The notes: a model not told the origin generated them from the letters alone. Positions 20,809-31,509 are shown, counted from the stretch's first letter. The stretch is 64,000 nucleotides of DNA from Candidatus Lustribacter sp. (GCA_965277805.1 OZ255842.1:1568001-1632000), one strand, 5' to 3'. Numbers and translations: made by a program.

Positions 20809-21836
20809 GGAGCAGTCGTTCGTGTCCCGCAAACGAGGGCCCCGTCGAGACCGAAATACGAGACCGCATTGCGCCCGCTCCGCTTGCTATGGTACATAGC
20901 CTCGTCGGCGCGCTCCAGCAGCTCGCTCGGCGTGGCAGCATCGGCCGGATACGCAGCCACACCGATGCTCGCGGTGATCGCAACATCCGCGCGCGCAGCC
21001 GGCGAACGCAGCGCGGCGAGATCGAGCGTTTCGATCGCGCGGCGCACGGTTTCGGCGCGTTCGACGGCGCGCGACTTCTCGGTATCGGCAAACACGATGC
21101 AGAACTCGTCGCCGCCGTTGCGTGCGACGAGGTCATCGTCGCCGCACGCGCCGCGCAGCACGCGTGCCAGCGCGCGCAGCAGCGCATCGCCGCCGGCATG
21201 TCCGTAGGTGTCGTTCCAGCTCTTGAAGTGATCGGTGTCGACGAAGAGCAATGCCATCCGCGCGAGCGGCGCGAAGCGCGCACGTTCGATCGCAAGCGCG
21301 AGCCGTTCGCGCAGCGCGCGCGGCGAAAGCAATCCGGTCAGCGCGTCGTATTCGGCGCGGTGCAGATACGCTTCGCGTTCGTGTGCGAGGGCATACGCGA
21401 AGCCGGCGTGATCGGCCAGCGCAACGATCGCTTCGAGCGCGGCATCCTCGACCGCGCACGGTGCCGCGGCATAGACGACGCTGGCGCCGCCGCCTTCGCG
21501 CAACAACGGCACGGCAACGGCGAACACATCGGCCGGATGAAAGCCGCGTGCGCCGCCGTCGCCGAGGACGGCCCGGTGGCCGCGCGCCAGCGCTTGCGCC
21601 GGCAGGGTGCGCACTTCGCGGCGCGTGATGCGCACGCCGGCGAAGTACATCACCCGCGCGCCGCCGGCCGCAACGCAGACGAGGTCGCCGTCTTCTTCAT
21701 CGAAGATTAGCACGGAATCGATCGCGGGCGCAACGCTGCGGATCGCCGCCGCAAGTTCGGCCCGCACGTCGCCGACCGAACGCGTCGCCGCGAGGCCCAG
21801 GCGCCGTACGCCTTCTACGAGGTTCACGAGCTGCAT
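20778..21836 (-). CDS. GAF-GGDEF diguanylate cyclase
   Basis: D.LTGL, DTDHFKSWNDTYGH, GGDEF, ADEAMY.SK. Confidence 0.9.
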   Translation of the reverse strand: MQLVNLVEGVRRLGLAATRSVGDVRAELAAAIRSVAPAIDSVLIFDEEDGDLVCVAAGGARVMYFAGVRITRREVRTLPAQALARGHRAVLGDGGARGFHPADVFAVAVPLLREGGGASVVYAAAPCAVEDAALEAIVALADHAGFAYALAHEREAYLHRAEYDALTGLLSPRALRERLALAIERARFAPLARMALLFVDTDHFKSWNDTYGHAGGDALLRALARVLRGACGDDDLVARNGGDEFCIVFADTEKSRAVERAETVRRAIETLDLAALRSPAARADVAITASIGVAAYPADAATPSELLERADEAMYHSKRSGRNAVSYFGLDGALVCGTRTTAPCGPSTFSFT

Positions 21837-21875
21837 GACCCCGTACAGTGCCCGGCCCGCGCCGGGTGATTCGCC

Positions 21876-22556
21876 TTACGGGATAAGGGCGCGGAGGCGG
21901 TCGGGTTCGACGATCACGACGTGGGCGGTGCGCATGTCGACGAGCTTGTCGTCCCAGAACCGGTTCAGCGTACGATTGACGGTCTCGCGCGTTGTCCCGA
22001 TCATGTTCGCCATTTCCTGATTGGTCAGGCGCAGCGTGATCCGCGTGCCGTTGTCGACGCGCTCGCCGAACTGATCGCTCAGGTTCAGCAGCAGCGAGGC
22101 GAGACGCGCCCGGATGTCTTGCGAGGTCGTCGCGGCGATCAGGGCATTCGCGGCGCGCAACCGCTCCGAGAGCGCGATCACGAGCGAACGCCCGATTTTG
22201 GGATTGCGGTCGAGCAGCACCAGGAAGTCGGCCTGGCGGATCGCCCCGACCTCGGTTTCGGTCAAGGTCTTGATCGACGCGCTGCGCAGTGAGGAATCGA
22301 ACATCGACATCTCGCCGAAGAAATCGCCCTCTTTCAGGATCGAGAGAATCGTCTCGCGGCCGTCAGGTGCGATCCGGCACACTGATATCGATCCCTTGAC
22401 CAGAATGAAGAAGGTGTCGCCAGGGTCGCCCTCGCGCACGATGAATTGGTGTTTTCCGTAACGACGATCGGTGACCGTGGCAGCTACGGCAGCTGCCTCG
22501 TCATCCGCGAAGTCGCGAAAGAGCGGAACACGTCGTATGGACGCGACGTCGATCAT
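21876..22556 (-). CDS. Crp/Fnr family transcriptional regulator
   Basis: cNMP domain FFGEMS..RSAS; HTH LTNQEMANMIGTTRETVNR. Confidence 0.95.
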   Translation of the reverse strand: MIDVASIRRVPLFRDFADDEAAAVAATVTDRRYGKHQFIVREGDPGDTFFILVKGSISVCRIAPDGRETILSILKEGDFFGEMSMFDSSLRSASIKTLTETEVGAIRQADFLVLLDRNPKIGRSLVIALSERLRAANALIAATTSQDIRARLASLLLNLSDQFGERVDNGTRITLRLTNQEMANMIGTTRETVNRTLNRFWDDKLVDMRTAHVVIVEPDRLRALIP

Positions 22557-22576
22557 ATTGAGGACGGAGTTTGCCG

Positions 22577-25408
22577 ATGCCGGAGCCCAGCCTTCTTCCA
22601 GAGCGGATTTTCGGACTCTCCGCCGTGGACGGCCGGCGCGCGGTCCGTCCGGGCGAGGTAATCAGCTTCCACTTCCGGGCGAAAAACGGAAGCCAAGTTG
22701 CAACCCCGCCCGCACTGCTCGTGCTCGTGCTGCCGCCGGGGTGGTCGCCGCTGGATAAGCTCGAGGCCGAGATCCCATCCGTCGCCCCCGGGGCCGAACA
22801 CAGCGTCGCCTTTCGCGCCCGTCCCGACGTGGCCGACGCGACGACCGCGCACTCGCCGGTGCAGGCCGCCCTTCACCTCGACACGCTGGTGCTCGGCTCC
22901 AACGTCGTCCACATGCGCGTCTTCGGGCAACCGCGCCTCAACGGGCCGGCCAGCGGCGTGCGGATCGAGCCCGCCGGCGGCGATGCGCTGCGCGTCTCGG
23001 TCACGATCGTCAACGAGGGCGACGCCGCGGCCCGCGCCGTGCGCGCGGTCGTGCCGCCCCCGCCCGGCTTCGGTGCCGAAGAATCCGCGATCGTCGCGAG
23101 CGTCGCCGAGCTACCGGTCGGGGGCACGTTGTCGTACGCGTACACAATGATACCGCTCGGGCCGGCCGCCGCGACCGTGCGCATCGACGACGCCTACGTC
23201 GCCTTCGACGGCGGCCGCGTCGCGCTGACCACCGGCGCATCGGCCCTCCTCGCGCCCGACATCGACGAACCGGCGATCGAGGCCGAACGCCGGGCGAGCC
23301 GCCTCGACCTCAAGATCCGCATCGCGAACACCGGCTGGGTCGCCGCGCGCGACGTGCGCTGCGCGTTGGAGTTGCCGGCGGGCTGGCGGGTGCTGCGCGG
23401 CACGATGCGGGCCGACGGTGCGCCGCCCGCAATCCGCCGTGACAACGAATCCGAGAACGGCGTCGCCATGGCGCTGCCGCTCGTGCCCGCGCGCGGCTTC
23501 GTCGACCTCACCGTCGTCGCCAGCGCGTCGCGGCCGCGGGTCGAAGGCGATCTGACCGTGCGCTGCGGGAGCCACACAGTGACGTTCCCGATCCCGGAAG
23601 TGGCCGAGCGCGCCCTGCGCATCGATGCGCGACCCGAATCGGCCTTTGCCGAACCGGGTTCGGATATGCCGATCGCGATCGACGTGCAGAACACCGGCGA
23701 GACGTCCGAACGCGTCATCGTAACGCTCGACGAACAGCCGTGCTGGAACGGTGAACTGCGCGCCGGCGCGGCCGCGGCGTTCATCGCGCGGCTCATGGTG
23801 CCGAGTCACTTGGGCGACGGCGACATACTGCCCGTGGCGGTTACCGCCGGGGGCGACGACGGCGTGCAACTCGCGACGGCGACCTTCGACCTTCGCACCG
23901 TCGACCGCCCGTGGATCGCGATCGACGACGTGGTTTGGGAATGCGGTCAAGCGCGCGTCACGATTCGTAACGTCGGCGCAACTGCGGCCCGCGACGTGCG
24001 GCTCGACGGGGAGGACGAGATCCTGATCGCATCGCTCGCCCCGGGGGAAACACATTCGATCGTGGTCGCACCCGCGGTCGCGCGCGCGGCTTCGCTCGTC
24101 GGACACGACGGCCGCGCCGTGCCGATCGGCTGGGACGATCAAGCCGCGCCGGTCGCGGTCACGGCACAACTCGTCGCCGCAGCAACGGCGCGCAGCGGCG
24201 AGCGGCTCGACGTGCGCTTGCGCATTACTGGTGCCGGTGCGATACAAACGTTGCGCGTGCGTCCGCGCGCGCATGCCGCGGCGGTCTACGTCGACGGTTC
24301 CACGACCGTCAACGGACACGCGGTCGTTGACGGTATCGAAGGCCCGCCGCTGTTCACGCGCGACGGTCTTGCGCTGCACGACATTCCGGCCGGCACGTTC
24401 GTCGAAATTGCGTGGTCGCTCTTGCCGCGCACGCCGGGCGAACTCATCGTCGCGGCCGACGTCGAGGCCAACGGCAATGCCGTCGACGTGGAGGTGCGCA
24501 ATGTGACGATCGCCGACGCGCCGCCGTTCGGTGCCCGTCCCAACGCATTGCCCTTCCACATCGACGCTCCGACCGTCGGCGACTTCAGCATCGCCGCGCC
24601 GTACACGGGCGCAGCAGCCGTCCTGCCCGTGGCGGCCGGACCGACAGGCATCGACGAGTTACCGGCCGCTCCCGATTCATCCGATCCCGGCGCCTGGACC
24701 CTCGCGCCGCCCGACGTGCCTACCGGCGAGACGAGCGCGTCTCCGGCGACCGGCGGTGCGGTCGTCGCGTGGCTGACGCTCGACGCCGTGCGCTCCGCCG
24801 CGATCGTGCGCGTGTTGCGCGGCGCACGCGGCACGGGCATGATCAGCCACGTTCCGTCGCTCGCGGTGCTGTTTCCGAACGCGATCGCATCGGGTGATCC
24901 CGCGCTCGACGCGGCGTTCGCCGGCGCATCGGAAGCGATCCGCGGCATGTACGAACGCCTCTTCGTGAAACTGCGCATCCCGGGTTACGGCGTCACGCCC
25001 GCCGATCTCGAAGATGCAGCGACGCGCACGGAATTGCTGGCGCTGCTCGAACGCATCGATACGACGAACGATCCCGCGGGCACGCCCGATTCGAGCGCGG
25101 ACGTGTACGTGTGCGTCGATCGCAGCCGCGTTCGCGCGGCGCGGGCGGCGCTGGCGCAAGCTCCGCTCGGCGGACCGTATACGCTGGCCGCGATCGCCGC
25201 GTTGCTGCCGCGCTTCGGCCGCGGCGATGCCGCGGTTGCCGTCGGCGCATATGCGAGCGAGTTGGCGACAACGTTCGATGCGGCGTGCGCGTTCTCACAT
25301 GCTGAGTTTGCCGCGTATCTCACCTCGCAAGGTTCGCCCGACCTCGATAATGCGCGCGCCGTTGCCGTCGCCGTGCTCGATGCGCACAACGAGTTGACGT
25401 CACCGTGA
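22577..25408 (+). CDS. Large hypothetical protein with repeated DUF11/CARDB-like beta-sandwich modules
   Basis: Recurrent x.I.N.G..AAR.V motifs (IVNEGDAAARAV, IANTGWVAARDV, VQNTGE, IRNVGATAARDV); no signal peptide. Confidence 0.65.
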   Translation: MPEPSLLPERIFGLSAVDGRRAVRPGEVISFHFRAKNGSQVATPPALLVLVLPPGWSPLDKLEAEIPSVAPGAEHSVAFRARPDVADATTAHSPVQAALHLDTLVLGSNVVHMRVFGQPRLNGPASGVRIEPAGGDALRVSVTIVNEGDAAARAVRAVVPPPPGFGAEESAIVASVAELPVGGTLSYAYTMIPLGPAAATVRIDDAYVAFDGGRVALTTGASALLAPDIDEPAIEAERRASRLDLKIRIANTGWVAARDVRCALELPAGWRVLRGTMRADGAPPAIRRDNESENGVAMALPLVPARGFVDLTVVASASRPRVEGDLTVRCGSHTVTFPIPEVAERALRIDARPESAFAEPGSDMPIAIDVQNTGETSERVIVTLDEQPCWNGELRAGAAAAFIARLMVPSHLGDGDILPVAVTAGGDDGVQLATATFDLRTVDRPWIAIDDVVWECGQARVTIRNVGATAARDVRLDGEDEILIASLAPGETHSIVVAPAVARAASLVGHDGRAVPIGWDDQAAPVAVTAQLVAAATARSGERLDVRLRITGAGAIQTLRVRPRAHAAAVYVDGSTTVNGHAVVDGIEGPPLFTRDGLALHDIPAGTFVEIAWSLLPRTPGELIVAADVEANGNAVDVEVRNVTIADAPPFGARPNALPFHIDAPTVGDFSIAAPYTGAAAVLPVAAGPTGIDELPAAPDSSDPGAWTLAPPDVPTGETSASPATGGAVVAWLTLDAVRSAAIVRVLRGARGTGMISHVPSLAVLFPNAIASGDPALDAAFAGASEAIRGMYERLFVKLRIPGYGVTPADLEDAATRTELLALLERIDTTNDPAGTPDSSADVYVCVDRSRVRAARAALAQAPLGGPYTLAAIAALLPRFGRGDAAVAVGAYASELATTFDAACAFSHAEFAAYLTSQGSPDLDNARAVAVAVLDAHNELTSP

Positions 25409-25746
25409 ACGAAGCCGTTCCCGCAGCGCTCGCAGTCGCCGGTACCGCGCTGATGGCGGTCGCGTTCTTCGGCCCATTCCGCCGCCGCGCGCTCGACGCC
25501 GACCCCGAAACGGAAGCCGCGAACGGCGTAGCGCACACCGGCAGGGTCGCGTGGCCGGCGCTCGTCGAAGCATCAGCGTCGGCGATCGACGTCCCCGCGC
25601 GCATCGACCTCGCCGACGCGCTCGGCGCGTTGCAATCGGTGTGGTCGGAATCCGTCCTGCGCAGAGCCTACGAGACGGAATCCGATCCCGGTGTGCGCTC
25701 CGCCATCGAAGCGGCATTATCGTCGAGCCAGTCCCTCGTCACGTAA
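25405..25746 (+). CDS. Small membrane-anchored HEAT-repeat-like protein
   Basis: N-terminal TM, R..LA.ALG.L....L..AY..E.DP.VR.A; GTGA overlap with upstream gene. Confidence 0.6.
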   Translation: MNEAVPAALAVAGTALMAVAFFGPFRRRALDADPETEAANGVAHTGRVAWPALVEASASAIDVPARIDLADALGALQSVWSESVLRRAYETESDPGVRSAIEAALSSSQSLVT

Positions 25747-26624
25747 CACCAGAACGCGAGGCCGGCAAAGCGCCCGTAGGGTTTGAAGCGCCGGATGATC
25801 GGTTTGTCGGAGCGCGGTTTGCGGCCGCTCAGTCGCGCGTATCTCGGGCGCGTTGATGAGTCCAAGACGGGACGTGAATAGCGGCCCATCAGCATCATGA
25901 TATGCGCGGCAGCGTAGGGGCCGACGCCGGGTAATTCCAGCAAACGTTTTTCGAGCGCTTCGTCCGGCAGCTGTTCCGGCGACATGTCTTCCAGCGCATC
26001 GAGATCGATCTCGCCGCGTGCGACCGACGAAGCGATGGCGCGCAGATACGCGCCGCGATAGCCCGCACGCGCAACGTCGCGATACCAGGCTTCGTTCGCC
26101 TTCGCCATCGCCTGCGGCGTCGGGAAGAGCCGCATGCCGGGCGCGCCGGCGACCGGCTCGCCGAGGCCCGCAACGAGCGCATCGGTCATGCGAATCGTGG
26201 CCGACCACGTGCAATTGGTCGTGCAGATCGTCTTCACGACGTCTTCGAAGAGCGTCGCGCTGTGCACGAAACGCCCCGCACCGCGCGTCACCCAGCGCAG
26301 TTCGGGATCGTTTGCAGCGACGCGGTAGAATTCCGAGTAATCGCCGTCGAGGTGCATGATTCGCCGCACGCGCGCCGTGAGTTCCGCCAGTACGGCCGCG
26401 CCGCGCAGCGCACCGGACGCCGTTACGCGGACAAAACCCGGCTTACCGGGTCGAAGCTCGATGACGGTCGCGCGGCCGCCGGAGAGGCGCAACGGCATGC
26501 GCAGCGAGTCGCCCTCATCGGGCACGTCGTTGGGCGACAAGGTGATAAGTCCGTGCGAGTGGATGGTCCGGTGGAAGTCGACCGGCTCGCCGCCGGCGCC
26601 CCGTAAGGGAAGATCGAAGGTCAC
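25668..26624 (-). CDS. HhH-GPD DNA glycosylase (AlkA/Ogg family)
   Basis: FEDVVKTICTTN, FPTP, GYRG, LLELPGVGPYAA HhH; start approximate. Confidence 0.85.
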   Translation of the reverse strand: MTFDLPLRGAGGEPVDFHRTIHSHGLITLSPNDVPDEGDSLRMPLRLSGGRATVIELRPGKPGFVRVTASGALRGAAVLAELTARVRRIMHLDGDYSEFYRVAANDPELRWVTRGAGRFVHSATLFEDVVKTICTTNCTWSATIRMTDALVAGLGEPVAGAPGMRLFPTPQAMAKANEAWYRDVARAGYRGAYLRAIASSVARGEIDLDALEDMSPEQLPDEALEKRLLELPGVGPYAAAHIMMLMGRYSRPVLDSSTRPRYARLSGRKPRSDKPIIRRFKPYGRFAGLAFWCYVTRDWLDDNAASMAERTPGSDSVS

Positions 26625-26710
26625 TTTGAAAACTGTCCCGCCGTTTCGTCCGTTCTCCTGGTGTAAGCAAACCCACGTCACACCATCCGACAGAAGGCTA
26701 TACTAGCGCC

Positions 26711-27181
26711 ATGATCGACCGACGCACCGTTCTCACCGCCATCGGAGCCCTCGCGCTCTTCCCGGCCGTCGCCCGTGCCGCCGCGAATCCGGGCCGGCTC
26801 GTGCTCACGGACGCCCAGTGGAAGGCACGTCTGACGCCGGCGCAGTTCGACATCCTGCGCCGCGAAGGGACCGAAGAGCCGTTCTCGAGCCCGCTCGATC
26901 ACGAAACCCGCGCCGGCACGTACTATTGCGCCGGCTGCGATCTCGCGTTGTATTCCTCGAAGACGAAGTACGACAGCGGCACCGGCTGGCCGAGCTTTTG
27001 GAAGCCGCTGCCGAACGCCGTGTCGACCAAGAAAGACGATTCGCTGCCGGGCGAAGAGCGCAACGAAGTGCACTGCGTGCGCTGCTCGGGTCACCTCGGG
27101 CACGTGTTCGACGACGGCCCGCCGCCGACCGGACTGCGCTATTGCATGGACGGCGTCGCGCTGAAGTTCAGGCCGGCGTAG
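26711..27181 (+). CDS. msrB: Peptide-methionine (R)-S-oxide reductase with Tat signal
   Basis: DRRTVL twin-Arg leader, SGTGWPSF, HLGHVFDDGP, RYCMDG. Confidence 0.95.
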   Translation: MIDRRTVLTAIGALALFPAVARAAANPGRLVLTDAQWKARLTPAQFDILRREGTEEPFSSPLDHETRAGTYYCAGCDLALYSSKTKYDSGTGWPSFWKPLPNAVSTKKDDSLPGEERNEVHCVRCSGHLGHVFDDGPPPTGLRYCMDGVALKFRPA

Positions 27182-28025
27182 CTTCGCGATAGGCGTCGAG
27201 AATTTCGGCGCCCGTCGCCCACCACACGCCGTCGTGGCCGGCGATATATTTCAGGCCCTCGGCCAGATAGCGGATGCGGTGCGGCACGCCGATCTTGCCC
27301 GGATGCAGGCAGATCGCCATCACCTTGGCGCTCGTTTGCGCTTCGTGGTAGAGCGTGTCGAACTGGTCCTTGATCATGCGCAGAAACTCGACCGGCGTGT
27401 GCGACGGGAAGACGACCGTGTCGTTGATCTCGGTGGAATACGGCACCGAGTGGAGCACGCCGTGCTGCGTGGTCATCGCGAACGGCTGATCGTCGACGCA
27501 CCAGTCGGCCACGTAGTGGAGCCCGGCTTCTTTCAGCAGGTCGGGCGTGCGCGCGTTTTCGGCTAATCCCGGCCCAAGCCAGCCGCGCGGCCGCGCGCCG
27601 GTGGCGGCGCCGATGCGCGCCAGCGTGCGCACGATGACGTCGCGTTCGGTCGCCTCGTCCAGGCCGCTGAGCCCCTGCCCGTTGGTGAGGCCGTGCCCCA
27701 TCCACTCCCAATTGCGTGCGACGCCGGCGGTGATGATCTGCGGATAGACATCGCACACGTCGGCGTTGAGCGCAACGGTGGCGCGGATGCCGAATCCGTC
27801 GAGCAGCGACATGATGCGCCAAATCGCAACGCGATTGCCGTAATCGAACTCGCTGTAGCCGATCATGTGCGGCGCCGCGCGGCCGCCCCAGCGCGGCAGG
27901 AGCGTATCGAAGTGGATGTATTCGATATTCGGAATCACCCACACCGCCAGGCGCTTTCCGTTCGGCCAATGCCAAACCGGCCGATCGACGATCGGGCTAT
28001 ACGCGAAGCGGCCGTGCTCCATCAC
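27168..28025 (-). CDS. Polysaccharide deacetylase family (PuuE-like)
   Basis: WPNGKRLAV, DYGNRV..WR, EWMGHG, GWLGPG, LHP. Confidence 0.85.
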   Translation of the reverse strand: MMEHGRFAYSPIVDRPVWHWPNGKRLAVWVIPNIEYIHFDTLLPRWGGRAAPHMIGYSEFDYGNRVAIWRIMSLLDGFGIRATVALNADVCDVYPQIITAGVARNWEWMGHGLTNGQGLSGLDEATERDVIVRTLARIGAATGARPRGWLGPGLAENARTPDLLKEAGLHYVADWCVDDQPFAMTTQHGVLHSVPYSTEINDTVVFPSHTPVEFLRMIKDQFDTLYHEAQTSAKVMAICLHPGKIGVPHRIRYLAEGLKYIAGHDGVWWATGAEILDAYREATPA

Positions 28026-28037
28026 CGGAGCGCGGCC

Positions 28038-29297
28038 CTAGGCGCTCTGGTCTTTGGGGCGCTCGGCGTAGATGAGCGTCGGCTGTTCTTTCTTGTCGAC
28101 GACTTCTTTGTTGACGACGCACTTCTTGACGCCTTGCAGTGAAGGCAAGTCGTACATCACGTCGAGCATGATCTCTTCGAGAATCGAGCGCAGGCCGCGC
28201 GCGCCGGTTTTCCGCGATTGCGCGCGGATGGCGATCGCGATCAAAGCTTCTTTGGTAAACGTGAGCTCGACGCCGTCCATGCCCATGATCTTCTGGAACT
28301 GGCGCACGAGCGCGTTGCGCGGCTCGACGAGAATGCGGCGCAGCGCGAGTTCGTCGAGCGCTTCGAGCGTGACGACGATCGGCAGGCGGCCGATGAACTC
28401 GGGGATGAGTCCGAACTTCAGCAGATCTTCCGGCATCAGTTGCTGGAGCATCTTGCTGGACTTCTGTTCTTTTTTGGACTCCGGATTGGCGCGGAAGCCG
28501 AGCGAGTTCGAGGCGACGCGGCCCTCGATGATCCGTTCCAGACCATCGAATGCGCCGCCGCAGATGAACAGCACGTTGGTGGTGTCGATCTGAATGAACT
28601 CTTGATGGGGATGCTTGCGCCCACCCTGCGGCGGAACGTTGGCCGTCGTGCCTTCGAGGATCTTGAGCAGCGCTTGCTGCACGCCTTCGCCCGAGACGTC
28701 GCGCGTGATCGACGGGTTCTCGCTCTTGCGCGCTATCTTGTCGATCTCGTCGATGTAGACGATGCCCTTCTCAGCCCGCTTGACGTCGTAGTCGGCGGCC
28801 TGAATGAGCTTGAGCAGAATGTTCTCGACGTCTTCGCCGACATAGCCGGCTTCCGTCAGCGAGGTCGCATCGGCCATCGCCAACGGCACGTCGAGAATCT
28901 TCGCGAGCGTCTGCGCGAGATACGTCTTGCCGGAGCCCGTCGGACCGACCAGCAAGATGTTCGATTTCTGCAGCTCGACTTCGTCGGTGCTCGCGCCGGC
29001 GTTCACGCGCTTGTAGTGGTTGTAGACCGCTACTGCGAGCGACTTCTTGGCGCGCTCCTGACCGATCACATACTGATTGAGGATGTGATTGATCTCTTTG
29101 GGCTTCGGAATGTTCCGCAGCCGCAGGTTCTCGTCGACGTTCTTGTAGAGCTCTTCTTCGATGATCTCGTTGCAGAGCTCGATGCACTCGTCACAGATGT
29201 ACACGCCGGGGCCTGCGATCAACTTACGCACCTGCTCCTGCGACTTACCGCAGAAGCTACACTTCAGCTGACCCTTCTCATCCCCGAATCGGAACAT
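28038..29297 (-). CDS. clpX: ATP-dependent Clp protease ATP-binding subunit
   Basis: CSFCGK Zn finger, [16 protein letters not shown] loop. Confidence 0.98.
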   Translation of the reverse strand: MFRFGDEKGQLKCSFCGKSQEQVRKLIAGPGVYICDECIELCNEIIEEELYKNVDENLRLRNIPKPKEINHILNQYVIGQERAKKSLAVAVYNHYKRVNAGASTDEVELQKSNILLVGPTGSGKTYLAQTLAKILDVPLAMADATSLTEAGYVGEDVENILLKLIQAADYDVKRAEKGIVYIDEIDKIARKSENPSITRDVSGEGVQQALLKILEGTTANVPPQGGRKHPHQEFIQIDTTNVLFICGGAFDGLERIIEGRVASNSLGFRANPESKKEQKSSKMLQQLMPEDLLKFGLIPEFIGRLPIVVTLEALDELALRRILVEPRNALVRQFQKIMGMDGVELTFTKEALIAIAIRAQSRKTGARGLRSILEEIMLDVMYDLPSLQGVKKCVVNKEVVDKKEQPTLIYAERPKDQSA

Positions 29298-29316
29298 ATC
29301 GTCTTTCTGGTCGGCG

Positions 29317-29937
29317 CTAAAGGCTGGTGGAGCTGGGCGCGACGGAGCGGTTTTCTTTGGTGAACACCTGGTCGACGATACCGTAGTCCCGCGCTTCTTC
29401 CGCGGTCATATAGTAGTCGCGTTCGATATCCTTGAGAATTTGCTCGATCGGCTTGTTGACGGTCTTCTCGTAAATACCGGCCAGGGACCGGCGCGTCGCG
29501 ATCAGATCGCGGGCATGAATTTCGATATCCGTCGCCTGGCCACCCACCTGCTGGACCCATGGCTGGTGAATCAGGATTTTGGCATAGGGCAGGGCATAGC
29601 GCTTGCCTGGCGCACCGCCGGTCAGCAAGATCGAAGCCATCGAGGCGGCCATGCCGGCGCAGATCGTCGCGACGTCCGGCTTGATCAGGTTCATGGTGTC
29701 GTAAATAGCCAAGCCGGCCGTAACGGAGCCGCCCGGGCTATTGATGTACATGTCGATGTCTTTGTCGGCATCCTCGCGCTCGAGGAAGAGCAGCTGGGCA
29801 ATGATCAGCGACGACATGCCGTCGTCGATCGGCCCCTGCACGAAAATAATGCGTTCTTTGAGCAGCCGCGAGTAGATATCATACGCCCGCTCACCGCGCG
29901 CGCTCTGCTCGACGACCATCGGAACCAAGTGACCCAA
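29317..29937 (-). CDS. clpP: Clp protease proteolytic subunit
   Basis: DIYSRLL, YINSPGG, AASM, IHQP; AGGAGG SD. Confidence 0.98.
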   Translation of the reverse strand: MGHLVPMVVEQSARGERAYDIYSRLLKERIIFVQGPIDDGMSSLIIAQLLFLEREDADKDIDMYINSPGGSVTAGLAIYDTMNLIKPDVATICAGMAASMASILLTGGAPGKRYALPYAKILIHQPWVQQVGGQATDIEIHARDLIATRRSLAGIYEKTVNKPIEQILKDIERDYYMTAEEARDYGIVDQVFTKENRSVAPSSTSL

Positions 29938-29967
29938 GATGGAACCTCCTTTGCCGAGAGACCGGCG

Positions 29968-31269
29968 CTATACGCTTTTGGTTGCCGGAACGCGCTTGGA
30001 CCGTTCGATCAAGCGATCGATGGTCTTTGTGCGCACGATGCCGTCGACGAGCGCGCCGATGTTCCGGCCCAGCAACTCGAGGATCTTTTCACGCGGCTGC
30101 CCGTACTGGCGCGCGAGCGCACCGAGCTCCGCTTCGAGGTCGGCGGGGGTCGTCTCGATCTTCTCCCGCTTGGCGATTTCCTCGATCAAGAGCGTGGTCT
30201 TCACGCGCCGCTGGGCTTCCTCGCGGAAGTCTTCCCGGATCGTTTCCTCGGACTTCTCGCTCTGCTTGAGGTACTCGTCCCACGTGATGCCCATGCGCGC
30301 GATGTACTGCTTCGACTCGTCGAGCAGGCCGTCGATCTCGCGCTCGACCAGAACCGCAGGCAGCGGAAAATCGTTGGCGGCAACGAGTTTGTCGAGCAGC
30401 TCGGTGCTGATCTGACGGCGCGCTTTTTGGGCGGCGACGCCGTCGAGCCGCGTGCGCAGTTCGTCTTTGAGCTCGGCTAGGGTCTGGTGCTGTGAGACGC
30501 GCTTGGCGAACTCATCGTCGAGTTCCGGCAGCTCGGGCTCCTTGATCTCGTGTACGGTGATCGTGAAGGTCGCGTCCTTGCCGGCGAGCTCCGTTGCGCC
30601 GTACTCGTCCGGGAACTTCACGTTGATGTCGCGCGTCTCGCCGGCCTTCATGCCGACAATGCCGCTCGCGAAGCCCGGGATGAACCGCTCCTCGGAGATC
30701 TCGGCTTGCTGGCCTTCGGCCGTGCCGCCCTCGAAGGGCACGCCGTCGATCTTGCCGGCGTAGTCGATGGTGGCCGTGTCGCCGAGCTGGACCGGCCGTT
30801 CGACCGGAACGAGGGTCGCGGCGTTCTTGCGCATCGTTTCGAGCGCCTGATCCATGTCGTCGTCGCCGGCTTTCTCCGGGACGTCCTCGACTTCGATTCC
30901 CTCGTAGGGTGCCGGTTCGATCGGCGGACGCACGGCCACGACGGCCTTGAAGCGCATCGGCTGGCCCTCTTCTTCGGGCAGCATTTCCATTTCGGGACGC
31001 GCCAACGGCTCGATGGCGTGCTCTTTGACCGCTTCGGCGTACTTCTCGGGCACGAGGTCTTCGAGGGCGCGATCCATGATGGTGCCGACGCCGTACGTGT
31101 TCTCGAAGATTTTGCGCGGGACTTTGCCCGGACGGAAACCCGGGATCTTCGCGCTGCGAACGAGTTTGCGGAACGCGGCGTCCTGTGCCTTACCGAACTC
31201 TTCGGGGGAGATCTGAATCTCGAGTTCGACCTGCGTCGGATCGAGCTGTTTCATCGTCGTTGCGGACAC
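29968..31269 (-). CDS. tig: Trigger factor
   Basis: IPGFRPGKVP signature, FKBP domain; start trimmed to GTG 31269 (GGAG SD). Confidence 0.96.
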   Translation of the reverse strand: MSATTMKQLDPTQVELEIQISPEEFGKAQDAAFRKLVRSAKIPGFRPGKVPRKIFENTYGVGTIMDRALEDLVPEKYAEAVKEHAIEPLARPEMEMLPEEEGQPMRFKAVVAVRPPIEPAPYEGIEVEDVPEKAGDDDMDQALETMRKNAATLVPVERPVQLGDTATIDYAGKIDGVPFEGGTAEGQQAEISEERFIPGFASGIVGMKAGETRDINVKFPDEYGATELAGKDATFTITVHEIKEPELPELDDEFAKRVSQHQTLAELKDELRTRLDGVAAQKARRQISTELLDKLVAANDFPLPAVLVEREIDGLLDESKQYIARMGITWDEYLKQSEKSEETIREDFREEAQRRVKTTLLIEEIAKREKIETTPADLEAELGALARQYGQPREKILELLGRNIGALVDGIVRTKTIDRLIERSKRVPATKSV

Positions 31270-31324
31270 GTCGTTGGTTCTCCGGGGATGAGGAGCAAAT
31301 TTCTGTCCGAAATTTGTCCCAAGT

Positions 31325-31355
31325 ACGAACGGCGGGCTCGTGGCCCGCCGTTCGT
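31325..31355 (-). terminator. 13-bp hairpin between tRNA-Gly and tig (processing stem or leaky terminator)
   Basis: ACGAACGGCGGGC-TCGTG-GCCCGCCGTTCGT, no clear U tract. Confidence 0.5.
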
Positions 31356-31359
31356 CAAC

Positions 31360-31434
31360 TGGAGCGGAAGACGAGATTTGAACTCGCGACCCTCGCCTTG
31401 GCAAGGCGATGCTCTACCGCTGAGCTACTTCCGC
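31360..31434 (-). tRNA. tRNA-Gly(GCC)
   Basis: GCGGAAGTAGCTCAGCGGTAGAGCATCGCCTTGCCAAGGCGAGGGTCGCGAGTTCAAATCTCGTCTTCCGCTCCA. Confidence 0.97.
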
Positions 31435-31480
31435 GTTCCCGGACGCTACACGTACCACGAGCGTCCGGGTCAACCCTCGG

Positions 31481-31509
31481 ATTGTATGCGCCCGCCCCAA
31501 CCACGTCAA
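31481..31509 (-). promoter_or_regulatory. sigma70 promoter for tRNA-Gly/tig-clpP-clpX
   Basis: TTGACG-N17-TACAAT. Confidence 0.75.

Noticed and set aside
31270-31404. N-terminal extension of tig
   Set aside because: Overlaps tRNA-Gly and its hairpin; SD supports GTG 31269
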